From: Candidatus Woesebacteria bacterium
GTDB taxonomy: Bacteria; Patescibacteriota; Microgenomatia; UBA8517
Direction of reading: 5' to 3'
Assembly (NCBI GenBank): GCA_013426185.1
Contig: CP058602.1
Coordinates: 335,123-399,122, forward strand
Length of the DNA stretch: 64,000 nucleotides
The translations under genes and the position numbers were made by a program. This document shows positions 38,431 to 47,306 of the stretch, one piece after another (the first letter of the stretch is position 1; each line of letters begins with the position of its first letter). The notes below the pieces were generated by a model. It worked only from the letters and a program-made list of their open reading frames with translations. It was not told the DNA's origin and ran no database searches.

Positions 38431-39105
38431 ATGATAATTGACATTTTAACACTATTTCCTGAAATGTTTGAGGGACCTTTTGATTATTCTATTCTCAAAC
38501 ATGCCAAAGAAAAGGGGGCTGTCAAAATTAACATTCACTATTTAAGAAATTGGGCAAAAGATAAACATAAGACAACAGATGACAGACCTTTTGGCGGCGG
38601 AGCTGGGATGATACTTAAAGTTGAACCTATTGATAAAGCTATAAAAGATTTAATTAAAAAAGATAAAAAGGGCACCAAAAGAAAAATAATCTTGCTTAGT
38701 CCTCAAGGCAAAGTCTTAACCCAAGAAAAAGTTAAAGAACTCTCAGGTCTTGATCACTTGATTCTAATCGCCGGACATTATGAGGGAGTTGATCAAAGAG
38801 TGATTGACCACTTAATTGACGAGGAACTATCAATTGGAGATTATGTTTTAACAGGAGGCGAGATACCAGCAATGGTAGTTGTAGATAGCGTAGTTAGACT
38901 ATTGCCTAATGTTCTAGAAAAAGAGGTAATAGAAAATGAATCTTTTTCAAAAGGAGATACTCTTGATTATCCTCAATACACTCAACCTAGAAATTATAAA
39001 GGTTGGAAAGTGCCTGAAGTTTTGCTTTCTGGAAATCACAAAGAAATTGAAAAATGGCGAAAGGAAAAAGCGCTTGAGAAAACAGAAGCAAGAAAACAAA
39101 GTTAA
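38431..39105 (+). CDS. trmD: tRNA (guanine37-N1)-methyltransferase
   Basis: [48 protein letters not shown]. Confidence 0.98.
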   Translation: MIIDILTLFPEMFEGPFDYSILKHAKEKGAVKINIHYLRNWAKDKHKTTDDRPFGGGAGMILKVEPIDKAIKDLIKKDKKGTKRKIILLSPQGKVLTQEKVKELSGLDHLILIAGHYEGVDQRVIDHLIDEELSIGDYVLTGGEIPAMVVVDSVVRLLPNVLEKEVIENESFSKGDTLDYPQYTQPRNYKGWKVPEVLLSGNHKEIEKWRKEKALEKTEARKQS

Positions 39106-39109
39106 ATAA

Positions 39110-39528
39110 GATTATAGAATAGAGATTATAGAGGAAAATTACAAATCACCCGCCTGCAAAAGCTATCGCCTTAGCGATTGCGGGCAGGTAAATCCCAAAC
39201 AGACAAATTCCAAATCACGAATTACAATATACAAATTCCAATTTCTAAATTCTAAATTCTAAACAATTTTACAATTATCCAATTTTCCAAATTACAAATT
39301 AAATTAAAACTTAAAAGTCAAAAGTCAAAACTTAAAATTAGTAGAAAGTAGTAAGCAGAAAGTAGAAAGGATAATACACAACTTTTAACTTTGAACCTTT
39401 AACTATATTGAATTATGAATTTTTGCTTTCTACTTACTACATTCTACTTTCTGCTTGTGTCTCTTTTACCTTTTACCCCTTCTTTTAACTATTAATCATA
39501 CTTGATTCTTGATTCGTGATACTTGATA
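39110..39528. repeat. Heptamer-repeat mosaic array C with an embedded 40-bp GC-rich hairpin (39149-39188)
   Basis: GATTATA, AAATTCT, AAAAGTC, AGTAGAA, ACTTTTA, CTTTCTA, CTTTTAC and CTTGATT modules, between convergent trmD and rmlD. Confidence 0.85.
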
Positions 39529-40470
39529 CTACTGCGCCCCAATCCCTGAACTTACTAGCTTATCAACTATCTCTTTCCAAGAACTAAACTTGATTCCCAA
39601 TTCATTTTCCGTCTTTTCAACCTTTAACCCACCATAAATTGGATATCTTACCTCAACAAAAGGATTATCAGGATTCGCTTCCTTTTGCTTCTTAATAAAT
39701 TCGTAAATAGAACTTGGAATCACCGCCCCTTTCACCCCCCTCGCTTTTTCTAAAAGATATGAAACCAACTCATACGGAGTAGAGGTATCACAACTTGAAG
39801 CATGAAACACTCCTCTTGCCCCTTTTTTTAAAATAATATTAATCGCTTCCGATACTTCGTCTATAAAAGCTATAGAAACCTGTTGATCATTAAACATGGG
39901 ATAAAGTTTGCCTTCATCAAAAAGTTTCAGTGGCTTTCTTAGATAATCAAGCTTACCCTCAAACTTCGCCCTCACAGGATAAATTATTCTAAGTATTGCT
40001 GCATCTTTCCCCAAAATACTCTCAATTACTCTTTCAGCCTCAGCCTTAGTGAAACCGTACCATGTCAACCTTTCACTATCCGACTCAGGAACACTATCTT
40101 CAGAATAAGGACCGGGGTAATCTTTTGATCCAGGGAAGACCATATCAGTTGAAATGTGAATCAAAAATCTTTTGTACTTTTTACAAAGCTTGGCTAAATT
40201 TTCAACGCCTACAACATTAACTTTAAAACAATTTCCCTCTTTATTATCTCTTTCATTTTCAGCTGCCGAGACATCGGTAAAAGCAGCAAAATTAACAACA
40301 GCAGAAAATTTATTTTCTTCAAAAAACTTCTCAAGAGAAGTGTAATCCGAAATATTCACTTCAGAAGAGCTAGGCGTCAAAAGACTATACTTTGAAGAAT
40401 AAAGCTCAATAAATCGAGAACCAACCAGACCAGAAGCACCAGTAACATATATTCTATTGTTTTTTCTCAT
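39529..40470 (-). CDS. rmlD: dTDP-4-dehydrorhamnose reductase
   Basis: TGASGLVG, AAFTDV, HISTDMVF, YGFTK. Confidence 0.85.
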   Translation of the reverse strand: MRKNNRIYVTGASGLVGSRFIELYSSKYSLLTPSSSEVNISDYTSLEKFFEENKFSAVVNFAAFTDVSAAENERDNKEGNCFKVNVVGVENLAKLCKKYKRFLIHISTDMVFPGSKDYPGPYSEDSVPESDSERLTWYGFTKAEAERVIESILGKDAAILRIIYPVRAKFEGKLDYLRKPLKLFDEGKLYPMFNDQQVSIAFIDEVSEAINIILKKGARGVFHASSCDTSTPYELVSYLLEKARGVKGAVIPSSIYEFIKKQKEANPDNPFVEVRYPIYGGLKVEKTENELGIKFSSWKEIVDKLVSSGIGAQ

Positions 40471-41032
40471 ATTTTTCAGGAAACAAATCTCGCATTCGAG
40501 GGTTACTCCTATCCCTATCTGAAATTATAGGATTGCTAATTGGCCACCTTATGTTAAGATCAGGATCATCCCAAGCAATACCCTTTGCTTTGCTGCTATC
40601 CCAATATTCATCAACAAGGTACATATAATTAACATCTGTGTTGCCAAAAGCGCAGATTGAATTACCCAAACCCTTTGAAATAAACAAAGCAAAACGAGGT
40701 GAATTGTCTTTTGTATTATCAAAAATAAACTCTTCGTAAGCACCAAAGGTGTCACTATCAGGACGGGCGTCAACTATAGCAGCATACATCTTTCCTGTCA
40801 CAGGATAAACCAACTTGTTCCAGTACTCAGTATGTATTGCTCGAATAACGCGAGGCTTGGAAAGAGAATGATTCCATTGACAAGGTTTAAAATCAATTCC
40901 TGTAGCTTTTTTTAATTCATCTAAACGGAAGACTTCGTGGAAAAAACCACGATTATCTTTAAAAATTGGCATCTCTATCTTATAAAGACCTTTAATTTCT
41001 GCTTCGTAAATATGTTCGGTAATTTGCCTCAT
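40454..41032 (-). CDS. rmlC: dTDP-4-dehydrorhamnose 3,5-epimerase
   Basis: DNRGFFHE, QWNHS, VIRAIH, WDDPDLNIRWP. Confidence 0.9.
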   Translation of the reverse strand: MRQITEHIYEAEIKGLYKIEMPIFKDNRGFFHEVFRLDELKKATGIDFKPCQWNHSLSKPRVIRAIHTEYWNKLVYPVTGKMYAAIVDARPDSDTFGAYEEFIFDNTKDNSPRFALFISKGLGNSICAFGNTDVNYMYLVDEYWDSSKAKGIAWDDPDLNIRWPISNPIISDRDRSNPRMRDLFPEKYEKKQ

Positions 41033-42042
41033 TTTCGTTTATTATTTGATTTTTGATAAAACTTTTCCGCCTTTCTTTTTAATGGCTGCCACCACCACTT
41101 ATTTTCTTGATACCAATTAACAGTCCTTAAAAGCCATTCATCAAAATCAAACTCAGGTTTAAAACCAAGTTCCTTTCTAATCTTGCTCCAATCAACAGCA
41201 TAACGCCTATCATGTCCAGGTCTATCTTTAATAAACTGAATGTAAGAAGAGTCTTTCTTGAAAATCTTCAAAAGTTTCTTGGCTACCTCTAGATTGTTAA
41301 TATCCTTGGTCAACCCTCCTATCAAATAAGTTTCACCTACTTTTCCTTTCTTGATGACCATCGAAATAGCGCGGCAGTGATCTAAAACATAAAGCCAATC
41401 ACGAACATACTTTCCATCGCCATAAATTAATATCGGTTTATCCTCTATTAGATTAGTAATCGCTCTAGGCAAAAATTTCTCAGGATCCTGATATGGCCCA
41501 AAATTATTGGAACAATTAGTAATGATAACAGGCAAATTGTAAGTAGCATAATAAGCACGAACCAAGTGATCCGAAGCTGCTTTACTAGCAGAATAAGGAG
41601 AACGTGGATTATACGGAGTTTTTTCATTAAATTTGATCTTGCTTCCAAGAGGGAGGGAACCAAAAACCTCGTCGGTTGAGACATGACAAAAAAGCTTTAT
41701 TTTATTTTCTAAAGCAGCATCAAGAAGAGTTTGAGTACCTAAGACATTTGTTTTAACAAAAGTAGCAGGGCCAAAAATAGAGCGGTCGACATGGCTTTCG
41801 GCTGCAAAATGAACAACAACATCAACCCCCTTCATTACCTCGCCCACCAACTTAGAATTGCAAATATCACCTTTTACAAATTTATAATTTTTATTTTTGG
41901 CAAAGTCTAAAGTAGAAGAAATATGGCCAGCATAGGTTAACTTATCAAGATTTATTATTTTGTCTTTTGGATTTTCTTTTAAATAGTAGCGTATAAAATT
42001 AGAACCTATAAAACCGCAACCGCCAGTAACCAAAATTTTCAT
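41029..42042 (-). CDS. rmlB: dTDP-glucose 4,6-dehydratase
   Basis: TGGCGFIGSNF, AAESHVDRSI, STDEV, YSASKA, DRPGHDRRYA. Confidence 0.95.
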   Translation of the reverse strand: MKILVTGGCGFIGSNFIRYYLKENPKDKIINLDKLTYAGHISSTLDFAKNKNYKFVKGDICNSKLVGEVMKGVDVVVHFAAESHVDRSIFGPATFVKTNVLGTQTLLDAALENKIKLFCHVSTDEVFGSLPLGSKIKFNEKTPYNPRSPYSASKAASDHLVRAYYATYNLPVIITNCSNNFGPYQDPEKFLPRAITNLIEDKPILIYGDGKYVRDWLYVLDHCRAISMVIKKGKVGETYLIGGLTKDINNLEVAKKLLKIFKKDSSYIQFIKDRPGHDRRYAVDWSKIRKELGFKPEFDFDEWLLRTVNWYQENKWWWQPLKRKAEKFYQKSNNKRK

Positions 42043-42758
42043 CTTTCTTTAGATTTTTTAGCCCAATACTTATTTGCTTCAAATAAAGTTTCAAAAGTTC
42101 CAGCATCACGCCAATAACCTCTTAAAATAGACCATGTCAATTTTTTCTCTTGCAAATAAAGATTATTAACATCTGTTATTTCAAGTTCTCCTCTTCCCGA
42201 GGGTTTTATTTTCTTAATCTTGGAAAAAACACTGAAATCGTAAAGATAAAGACCTGTTACAGCATAATTTGATTTAGGTTTCTTGGGTTTTTCCTCAATT
42301 CTAATTATTTCTCTATTTTTACCAAAAACAGGAACACCAAAACGCTCAGGATCAGGAATTTCTCTTAAAAACAAATGGGCTCCTTCCTTAAACCTTTTAA
42401 CATCAGCTGATATGTCAGCATCCGTGCAGTTGTCTCCTAAAATCACACAAATAGAATCCCCATCTGCAAAATCTTCGGCTAAAGAAAGCGCAGCTGCAAT
42501 ACCGCCCTCACCTTCCTGATAGGCATACTCAAGATGCTTCACTCCCAATTCTTTGCCGTTTTTTAAAACTCTCACAAAATGTCCTGCATAAGGACCGCCT
42601 GTGACTACTAAGACCTCTTTAATTCCAGCCTTAACCAAAGTAGAAATGGGGTAAAAAACCATAGGCTTATCATAAACCGGAAGAAGATGTTTATTTGTAG
42701 CGTAAGTCAGAGGATAAAGCCTTGTCCCTAAACCTCCAGCCAGAACTACCCCTTTCAT
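42039..42758 (-). CDS. rmlA: Glucose-1-phosphate thymidylyltransferase (short form)
   Basis: LAGGLGTRLYPLT, KHLLPVYDKPM, EEKP, RGELEITD. Confidence 0.92.
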   Translation of the reverse strand: MKGVVLAGGLGTRLYPLTYATNKHLLPVYDKPMVFYPISTLVKAGIKEVLVVTGGPYAGHFVRVLKNGKELGVKHLEYAYQEGEGGIAAALSLAEDFADGDSICVILGDNCTDADISADVKRFKEGAHLFLREIPDPERFGVPVFGKNREIIRIEEKPKKPKSNYAVTGLYLYDFSVFSKIKKIKPSGRGELEITDVNNLYLQEKKLTWSILRGYWRDAGTFETLFEANKYWAKKSKER

Positions 42759-42784
42759 AACTTTCTAATTATAGCAGACCTTTC

Positions 42785-43562
42785 AATTCCAAGCCGGGTT
42801 TGGAATTCTATTGACAACGCGGGAAATTTCAATGAAGATATAAGTAAAACATGCCAATTCGAAAGATTCCCTTAAGGACCGGCTATATCTACCATATATT
42901 TAATCGAGGTATAAATCATGCTCCTATTTTCTACAGCAAAAGAGATTACCAAAGATTTACAAATCTTATAAGTTATTATCGCTGGGGTGATAATCCAGTA
43001 AAATATTCTCGTTTTCAGACTCTTTCAGATGAAATTAAAAATGAAATAAGACAAAACTCTAAAGAGAAATTGGTAAGTTTTATTTCCAACTGCCTAATAC
43101 CCAATCACTTTCACTTTGTCCTGCGTCAAGAGAAGGAAAACGGTATCAGCTATTTTGTTAACCGTTTCTTAGCAGCATACACAAAATTCTTCAACACCAA
43201 ATACAAAAGAAGTGGTCCGTTGTTTGAAAACAGATTCAAAGCTGTGCTAGTTGAAACTGACGAACAATTAATACACCTTGTAAGATATATCCACTTGAAT
43301 CCTTATTCTTCGGGAGTGGTCAAAAGCTTAAGAGGCTTATTGAGCTATCCATGGTCTTCGTTACAAGAGTATCTAGATCCTCAAGTCATAGGTATTTGTG
43401 ATGAAAAAGAAATGGTCTTAAAGCTTTTTAAAGATGACAGGGAAACTTTTAAAAAATTTACTTTAGACCAAGCAGAATACCAGAAAAGATTAGACAAGAT
43501 AAAGCATCTTATACAAGAATAAATCCCGCGTTGGCGTAGCTTTTCCAAACCCGGCTTGGAAA
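42785..43562 (+). mobile_element. RAYT locus bounded by inverted REP hairpins
   Basis: Left TTCCAAGCCGGGTTTGGAA-N9-CAACGCGGGA (42787-42824); right TCCCGCGTTG-N9-TTCCAAACCCGGCTTGGAA (43524-43561), conserved blocks are exact reverse complements. Confidence 0.85.
42851..43522 (+). CDS. REP-associated tyrosine (Y1 HUH) transposase, RAYT
   Basis: YHIFNRG, PNHFH (HUH), GPLFENRFK, YIHLNP (catalytic Tyr), YPWSS. Confidence 0.9.
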   Translation: MPIRKIPLRTGYIYHIFNRGINHAPIFYSKRDYQRFTNLISYYRWGDNPVKYSRFQTLSDEIKNEIRQNSKEKLVSFISNCLIPNHFHFVLRQEKENGISYFVNRFLAAYTKFFNTKYKRSGPLFENRFKAVLVETDEQLIHLVRYIHLNPYSSGVVKSLRGLLSYPWSSLQEYLDPQVIGICDEKEMVLKLFKDDRETFKKFTLDQAEYQKRLDKIKHLIQE

Positions 43563-43570
43563 TTTCAAGA

Positions 43571-44077
43571 TCAAGTATGTTTATCAGCAACTGAAGAAGC
43601 ACCCCAGCTTTCGGGCTTAGTTTTAGCTACAAAGCCATTACCTGAAACCATCCCCACAACCTCTTTAATCATTTCGCGAGTTGACCCCAAAGCCCCGACA
43701 TCAATATGTATCTCAAGATCATATTTTGCTGCTGTAATCACTTTTCTTATCTCAGGCACTATCTTTTGAGCTAGTTCCAAAGACATCAAGGTCTCAGTAT
43801 AAATTCTGTCCCGCAAGACGGGTTTTTTAACAAAGACCTTGTTTTTCCGCCAAAAATATTTGGCACCACGACCCTGACGATGAACAACAACAGCTGTCAC
43901 AAAATCAACTTCCGACTTACCATTAATTCTATGGACCTGTGAATCGGTACCAATAACAAGACGATAAAAAGAGAGAGGCTCCTCCTCAACAAATCGAGTC
44001 ATGTCATAAACCATCTCTTGAATACTCATCTTTCCCTTTGTAGGACTTATAAAAACTATTTCTTCATTTTTTCCCAT
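43571..44077 (-). CDS. YkuK-family RNase H-like protein (DUF458)
   Basis: IGTDSQ, TAVVVHRQGRG, RIYTETLMSL, EIHIDVG, KPESWGASSVADKH. Confidence 0.85.
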   Translation of the reverse strand: MGKNEEIVFISPTKGKMSIQEMVYDMTRFVEEEPLSFYRLVIGTDSQVHRINGKSEVDFVTAVVVHRQGRGAKYFWRKNKVFVKKPVLRDRIYTETLMSLELAQKIVPEIRKVITAAKYDLEIHIDVGALGSTREMIKEVVGMVSGNGFVAKTKPESWGASSVADKHT

Positions 44078-44115
44078 AACCTAGATTATACTACCCGAAA
44101 CTAATCCGAAGCAAA

Positions 44116-44373
44116 TTAAGAAAAAAGTAGAGAAAAGACAACAACAAGCCCTAGTAAAGCAACAGCAACATACTCAATTACGACTTGAAGGTAAAGATCA
44201 TTGTGAATTTTGTGATGAATAACCCCCCAGACGATGTAAGACAAAGCTGCAGAAACAAAAACAGCCGCCTGAAAAAGCCTATCATAAGAAAAAAACCAAA
44301 AACCCAAAACTGTCAAAAAGAGTATCCCCAAAAGCCCCAAATAATGAGGTAAGTGTTTTAGTTTTTGTTTCAT
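44116..44373 (-). CDS. Small 3-TM membrane protein
   Basis: YIVWGVIHH...IEY; ATGA-type coupling to the upstream CAP gene. Confidence 0.75.
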   Translation of the reverse strand: MKQKLKHLPHYLGLLGILFLTVLGFWFFSYDRLFQAAVFVSAALSYIVWGVIHHKIHNDLYLQVVIEYVAVALLGLVVVFSLLFS

Positions 44374-45356
44374 AGAATTTTACCTGCTTTCAAAATGAAA
44401 GCGATTGCCAAAATCATACCAATAAAAGAAATATGAGCAAAAGAACGCCCTGAAACTCGGGTAATATTTTTCCTTGAGACAATGATAGCATCAACCAGAA
44501 AAACGATAAACAAGATAATCAAAAAGAAAAAGGACAAATCGCGAACCAAATTAAAAGGCGAGATCAAAAAAGCCCTTGGCGGAGGTGTTCTTGAAACATT
44601 TTCCCCCAAAGCAGAACCTGATTTAATAACCAAGCCGTTTTGACTCGGAACAAAAGCAAGAGGAGTAGGTTCAGAAAGAGGAGCTTGTGTGGGCAGTGGC
44701 AGCGCTTTTTCTTCCTGGACTTTTACACTTACAACTGACGGCTTTTGTTCCTCCTTCTTGGCAACAGGCGAAACCTGACTAGTTCCTGCCATCCTAGTTC
44801 CAAAAAACTGAACAATAAGAGTTGTATCAACTCCTGCCAAATCCCCTTCAACAACCGCTATTCCTATCTCCTCGTATTTGGGAGAAAGCATATTCTCACG
44901 GTGTGAAGGAGAAGTCATCCAAGCATCAACAGCAGAAGCAGCGTTCGAAAAATCGCGTGCCAGATTTTCCCCTGCATAGCGGTATTTATATCCTGCGTCA
45001 AGAAAAAATTTCCAAGGCTCAACACCATCAGGCGAAACATGGGCCCAATAATCCTTGGCAAGCATATCCTCACCTTTATTTTTAGCAGCTTGACTTAAAA
45101 CAGGGTCAAGTTTAAGCGGCGGAAGACCAGCCTCCTGCCTTTTCTGGTTTGTCAAACGGAAAACCTCATCAACTGAAATATTGGCAGCATAACCCAAGAC
45201 ACGAACGTTAGCTCTGGGAAGAAAATGCAAAAAAATCTGAAGAAAAGACAAAAGGAAAGCAATAATTACTAAAGTCGAAGGATGAAGCAACTTAGGCTTT
45301 TGATTATTTGAATGATGAGGAATAAAAAGATGAATTAAAAAATTGCGAATAGACAT
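44370..45356 (-). CDS. CAP (SCP-like) domain membrane-anchored protein
   Basis: TNQKR, AGENLA, WMTSPSHRENML, VQFFG; N-terminal TM, P/T linker, C-terminal TMs. Confidence 0.9.
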   Translation of the reverse strand: MSIRNFLIHLFIPHHSNNQKPKLLHPSTLVIIAFLLSFLQIFLHFLPRANVRVLGYAANISVDEVFRLTNQKRQEAGLPPLKLDPVLSQAAKNKGEDMLAKDYWAHVSPDGVEPWKFFLDAGYKYRYAGENLARDFSNAASAVDAWMTSPSHRENMLSPKYEEIGIAVVEGDLAGVDTTLIVQFFGTRMAGTSQVSPVAKKEEQKPSVVSVKVQEEKALPLPTQAPLSEPTPLAFVPSQNGLVIKSGSALGENVSRTPPPRAFLISPFNLVRDLSFFFLIILFIVFLVDAIIVSRKNITRVSGRSFAHISFIGMILAIAFILKAGKIL

Positions 45357-45427
45357 TATCTAAATATTAAACTTAAAATGAGGTTAATTCAAGCAGACAA
45401 ATGAGGGTAATGGTATAATAAAAAAGC

Positions 45428-45498
45428 GGGCTTATAGTTTAATGGTAAAACGCACCCTTCGCATGGGTGAGATCCGAGTTCGATTCTCGGTAAGTCCA
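45428..45498 (+). tRNA. tRNA-Ala (anticodon CGC)
   Basis: Acceptor GGGCTTA/TAAGTCC with G3:U70, anticodon arm CACCC-TTCGCAT-GGGTG, GTTCGATTC; upstream TGGTATAAT; CCA not encoded. Confidence 0.95.
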
Positions 45499-45505
45499 CA
45501 AAAAC

Positions 45506-45534
45506 TTGACAAAACAAATAAAATACCCTATAAT
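45506..45534 (+). promoter_or_regulatory. Perfect consensus sigma70 promoter
   Basis: TTGACA (45506-45511), 17 bp, TATAAT (45529-45534). Confidence 0.85.
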
Positions 45535-45540
45535 ATAGTT

Positions 45541-45633
45541 ATCAGATGATTGCTAGAATCATCTGTTTCCAAAGCTTGGGGGAGAGAAAATTTTTAATAA
45601 ATTTTATCTGTCCCTCCTCCCCCAAGCTTTTTT
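45541..45633 (+). ncRNA. Candidate ~93-nt small RNA or structured leader
   Basis: 9-bp hairpin CAGATGATT/AATCATCTG; 14-bp stem AAAGCTTGGGGGAG/CTCCCCCAAGCTTT ending in a T-tract; no ORF. Confidence 0.55.
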
Positions 45634-45686
45634 ATTTTCCTCAAAGACAATACCCTCAGACAAAAGTGTTATTATAAATAAGTCAA

Positions 45687-47156
45687 ATGAATAACCAGAA
45701 AAAGTTTCTTATCTACCCAACTCTAATAATTATCATCTTCTTTCTAATCCGCCTAACAAATTTGACATTACAACCTATTTTTTGTGATGAAGCTATCTAT
45801 ATAAACTGGGCTCAAAAAATAGGAAGTAATCCCAAACTAAATGCTTTCTTGCCTTTAGTAGACGGCAAGACTCCTCTTTTTATGTGGATAACTTCATTAA
45901 GTCTTAAAATTTTCAAGGACCCGCTTTTTTCAGGAAGAATAATCTCAGTTCTTGCCGGTTTTTCTTCTCTTGCTGCCGCTTTTTTTCTTGGAAAAGAAAT
46001 TTTCAAAACAAAAACAGGAATTATCTTTGCCATTCTAATCACTTTTTTGCCCTTTACCCTGTTTTTCGACAGAATGGCTTTAGTTGATTCAATGCTTGCT
46101 TCATTTTATCTTTGGTCCCTCGTGCTTGCCTTAAAAATATCTCAAAAGCCCAAGGTCAAAACAGCCGTTCTCTTAGGCTTAAGCCTGGGAGGAGGAATAT
46201 TAACCAAAACACCGGGAATTTTTGCTTTTATCTCTTTACCCTTCATACTCATTACCACCAACTTAAAAAATTTTAAAAAGGTAGCACTTAATCTTAGCCT
46301 TTCCACTTTTATTGGCCTTTTAATTTTTAACCTGCTTAGAATTAGCCCCTATTTTGAAAACTTATCAAAAAGAGACAATGATTACTACTTTCCCATAAAA
46401 CATATCCTAGAAAACCCCACAAATCCTCTAATTGGCAATACAAAATATCTAGTTGAAGCTCTTAGTAAATTTTTGACTCTGCCTATATTTTTAATCACCT
46501 TATTCTCTATCCTTTTGGTTTTTTATAAAAAAGACAGAAAACTCTTAACGATACTTCTTTGGAGTCTTATTCCAATTGTTCCAATGTTATTTTTGCTTAA
46601 AACTTTTACTTCGCGATACATACTTTTTTCCACAATGCCGCTTATTATAATCTTAAGCTGGGGAATAACTATCTTGATAGAAAAATACCAGAAAGTCGGC
46701 AAAATAATATTTGGAGCATCTTTAATTCCTGCTTTAATTTTTGATTATTATCTTTTATTTAATCCGACCAAAGCACCTCTTCCTAAAGACGACAGAAAAG
46801 GTTATTTTGAAGACTGGACCGCTGGCTATGGAATTAAAGAAATTGCTAGTTTTTTGAAAGAAAAAGCTAAAAAAGGCAATGTCTTAATTGTAACCGAAGG
46901 AGCATTTGGTACTCTTCCTGATGGAATCGCAATCTATACTAAAGGTAATTCTAATATTGAAATTTGGCACGCCAGTTCAATAATTGAGCCTTATATTTAC
47001 GATGAAGCAAAAACAAGAGAAGTCTATTTTGCTGTCAACAAATCAAGATTTGTAAATAATCCTAACTTAGAGCTGATTAAAGAATACCCCAAAGCCAAAA
47101 GTTTAGATGAGAAAAAAGGACAAGACGCCTTGCTTCTATTCAAGATTAATCCCTAA
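45687..47156 (+). CDS. ArnT/PMT-like membrane glycosyltransferase (paralog of 3308..4831)
   Basis: FCDEAIYINWAQ, DGKTPLFMW, RMALVDSML, WTAGYGIKE, FGTLPDG. Confidence 0.8.
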   Translation: MNNQKKFLIYPTLIIIIFFLIRLTNLTLQPIFCDEAIYINWAQKIGSNPKLNAFLPLVDGKTPLFMWITSLSLKIFKDPLFSGRIISVLAGFSSLAAAFFLGKEIFKTKTGIIFAILITFLPFTLFFDRMALVDSMLASFYLWSLVLALKISQKPKVKTAVLLGLSLGGGILTKTPGIFAFISLPFILITTNLKNFKKVALNLSLSTFIGLLIFNLLRISPYFENLSKRDNDYYFPIKHILENPTNPLIGNTKYLVEALSKFLTLPIFLITLFSILLVFYKKDRKLLTILLWSLIPIVPMLFLLKTFTSRYILFSTMPLIIILSWGITILIEKYQKVGKIIFGASLIPALIFDYYLLFNPTKAPLPKDDRKGYFEDWTAGYGIKEIASFLKEKAKKGNVLIVTEGAFGTLPDGIAIYTKGNSNIEIWHASSIIEPYIYDEAKTREVYFAVNKSRFVNNPNLELIKEYPKAKSLDEKKGQDALLLFKINP

Positions 47157-47158
47157 GT

Positions 47159-47209
47159 AGGAGGTGCGAAGCTATTCCACCTGGAAGGTGGGACAGGTTC
47201 GCACCTCCT
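47159..47209. repeat. Nested palindrome (REP-like or bidirectional terminator)
   Basis: AGGAGGTGCGAA (47159-47170) pairs with TTCGCACCTCCT (47198-47209), enclosing CCACC-TGGAA-GGTGG; between convergent genes. Confidence 0.65.
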
Positions 47210-47306
47210 CTTATTACTCTTCTCTAACAATTAATTTGAATATAAAAGATATCTGAAGCCAAGAAAAACCCCTCCTTAAGTCAAAAAGAGGTCTAAGACT
47301 TAGATC

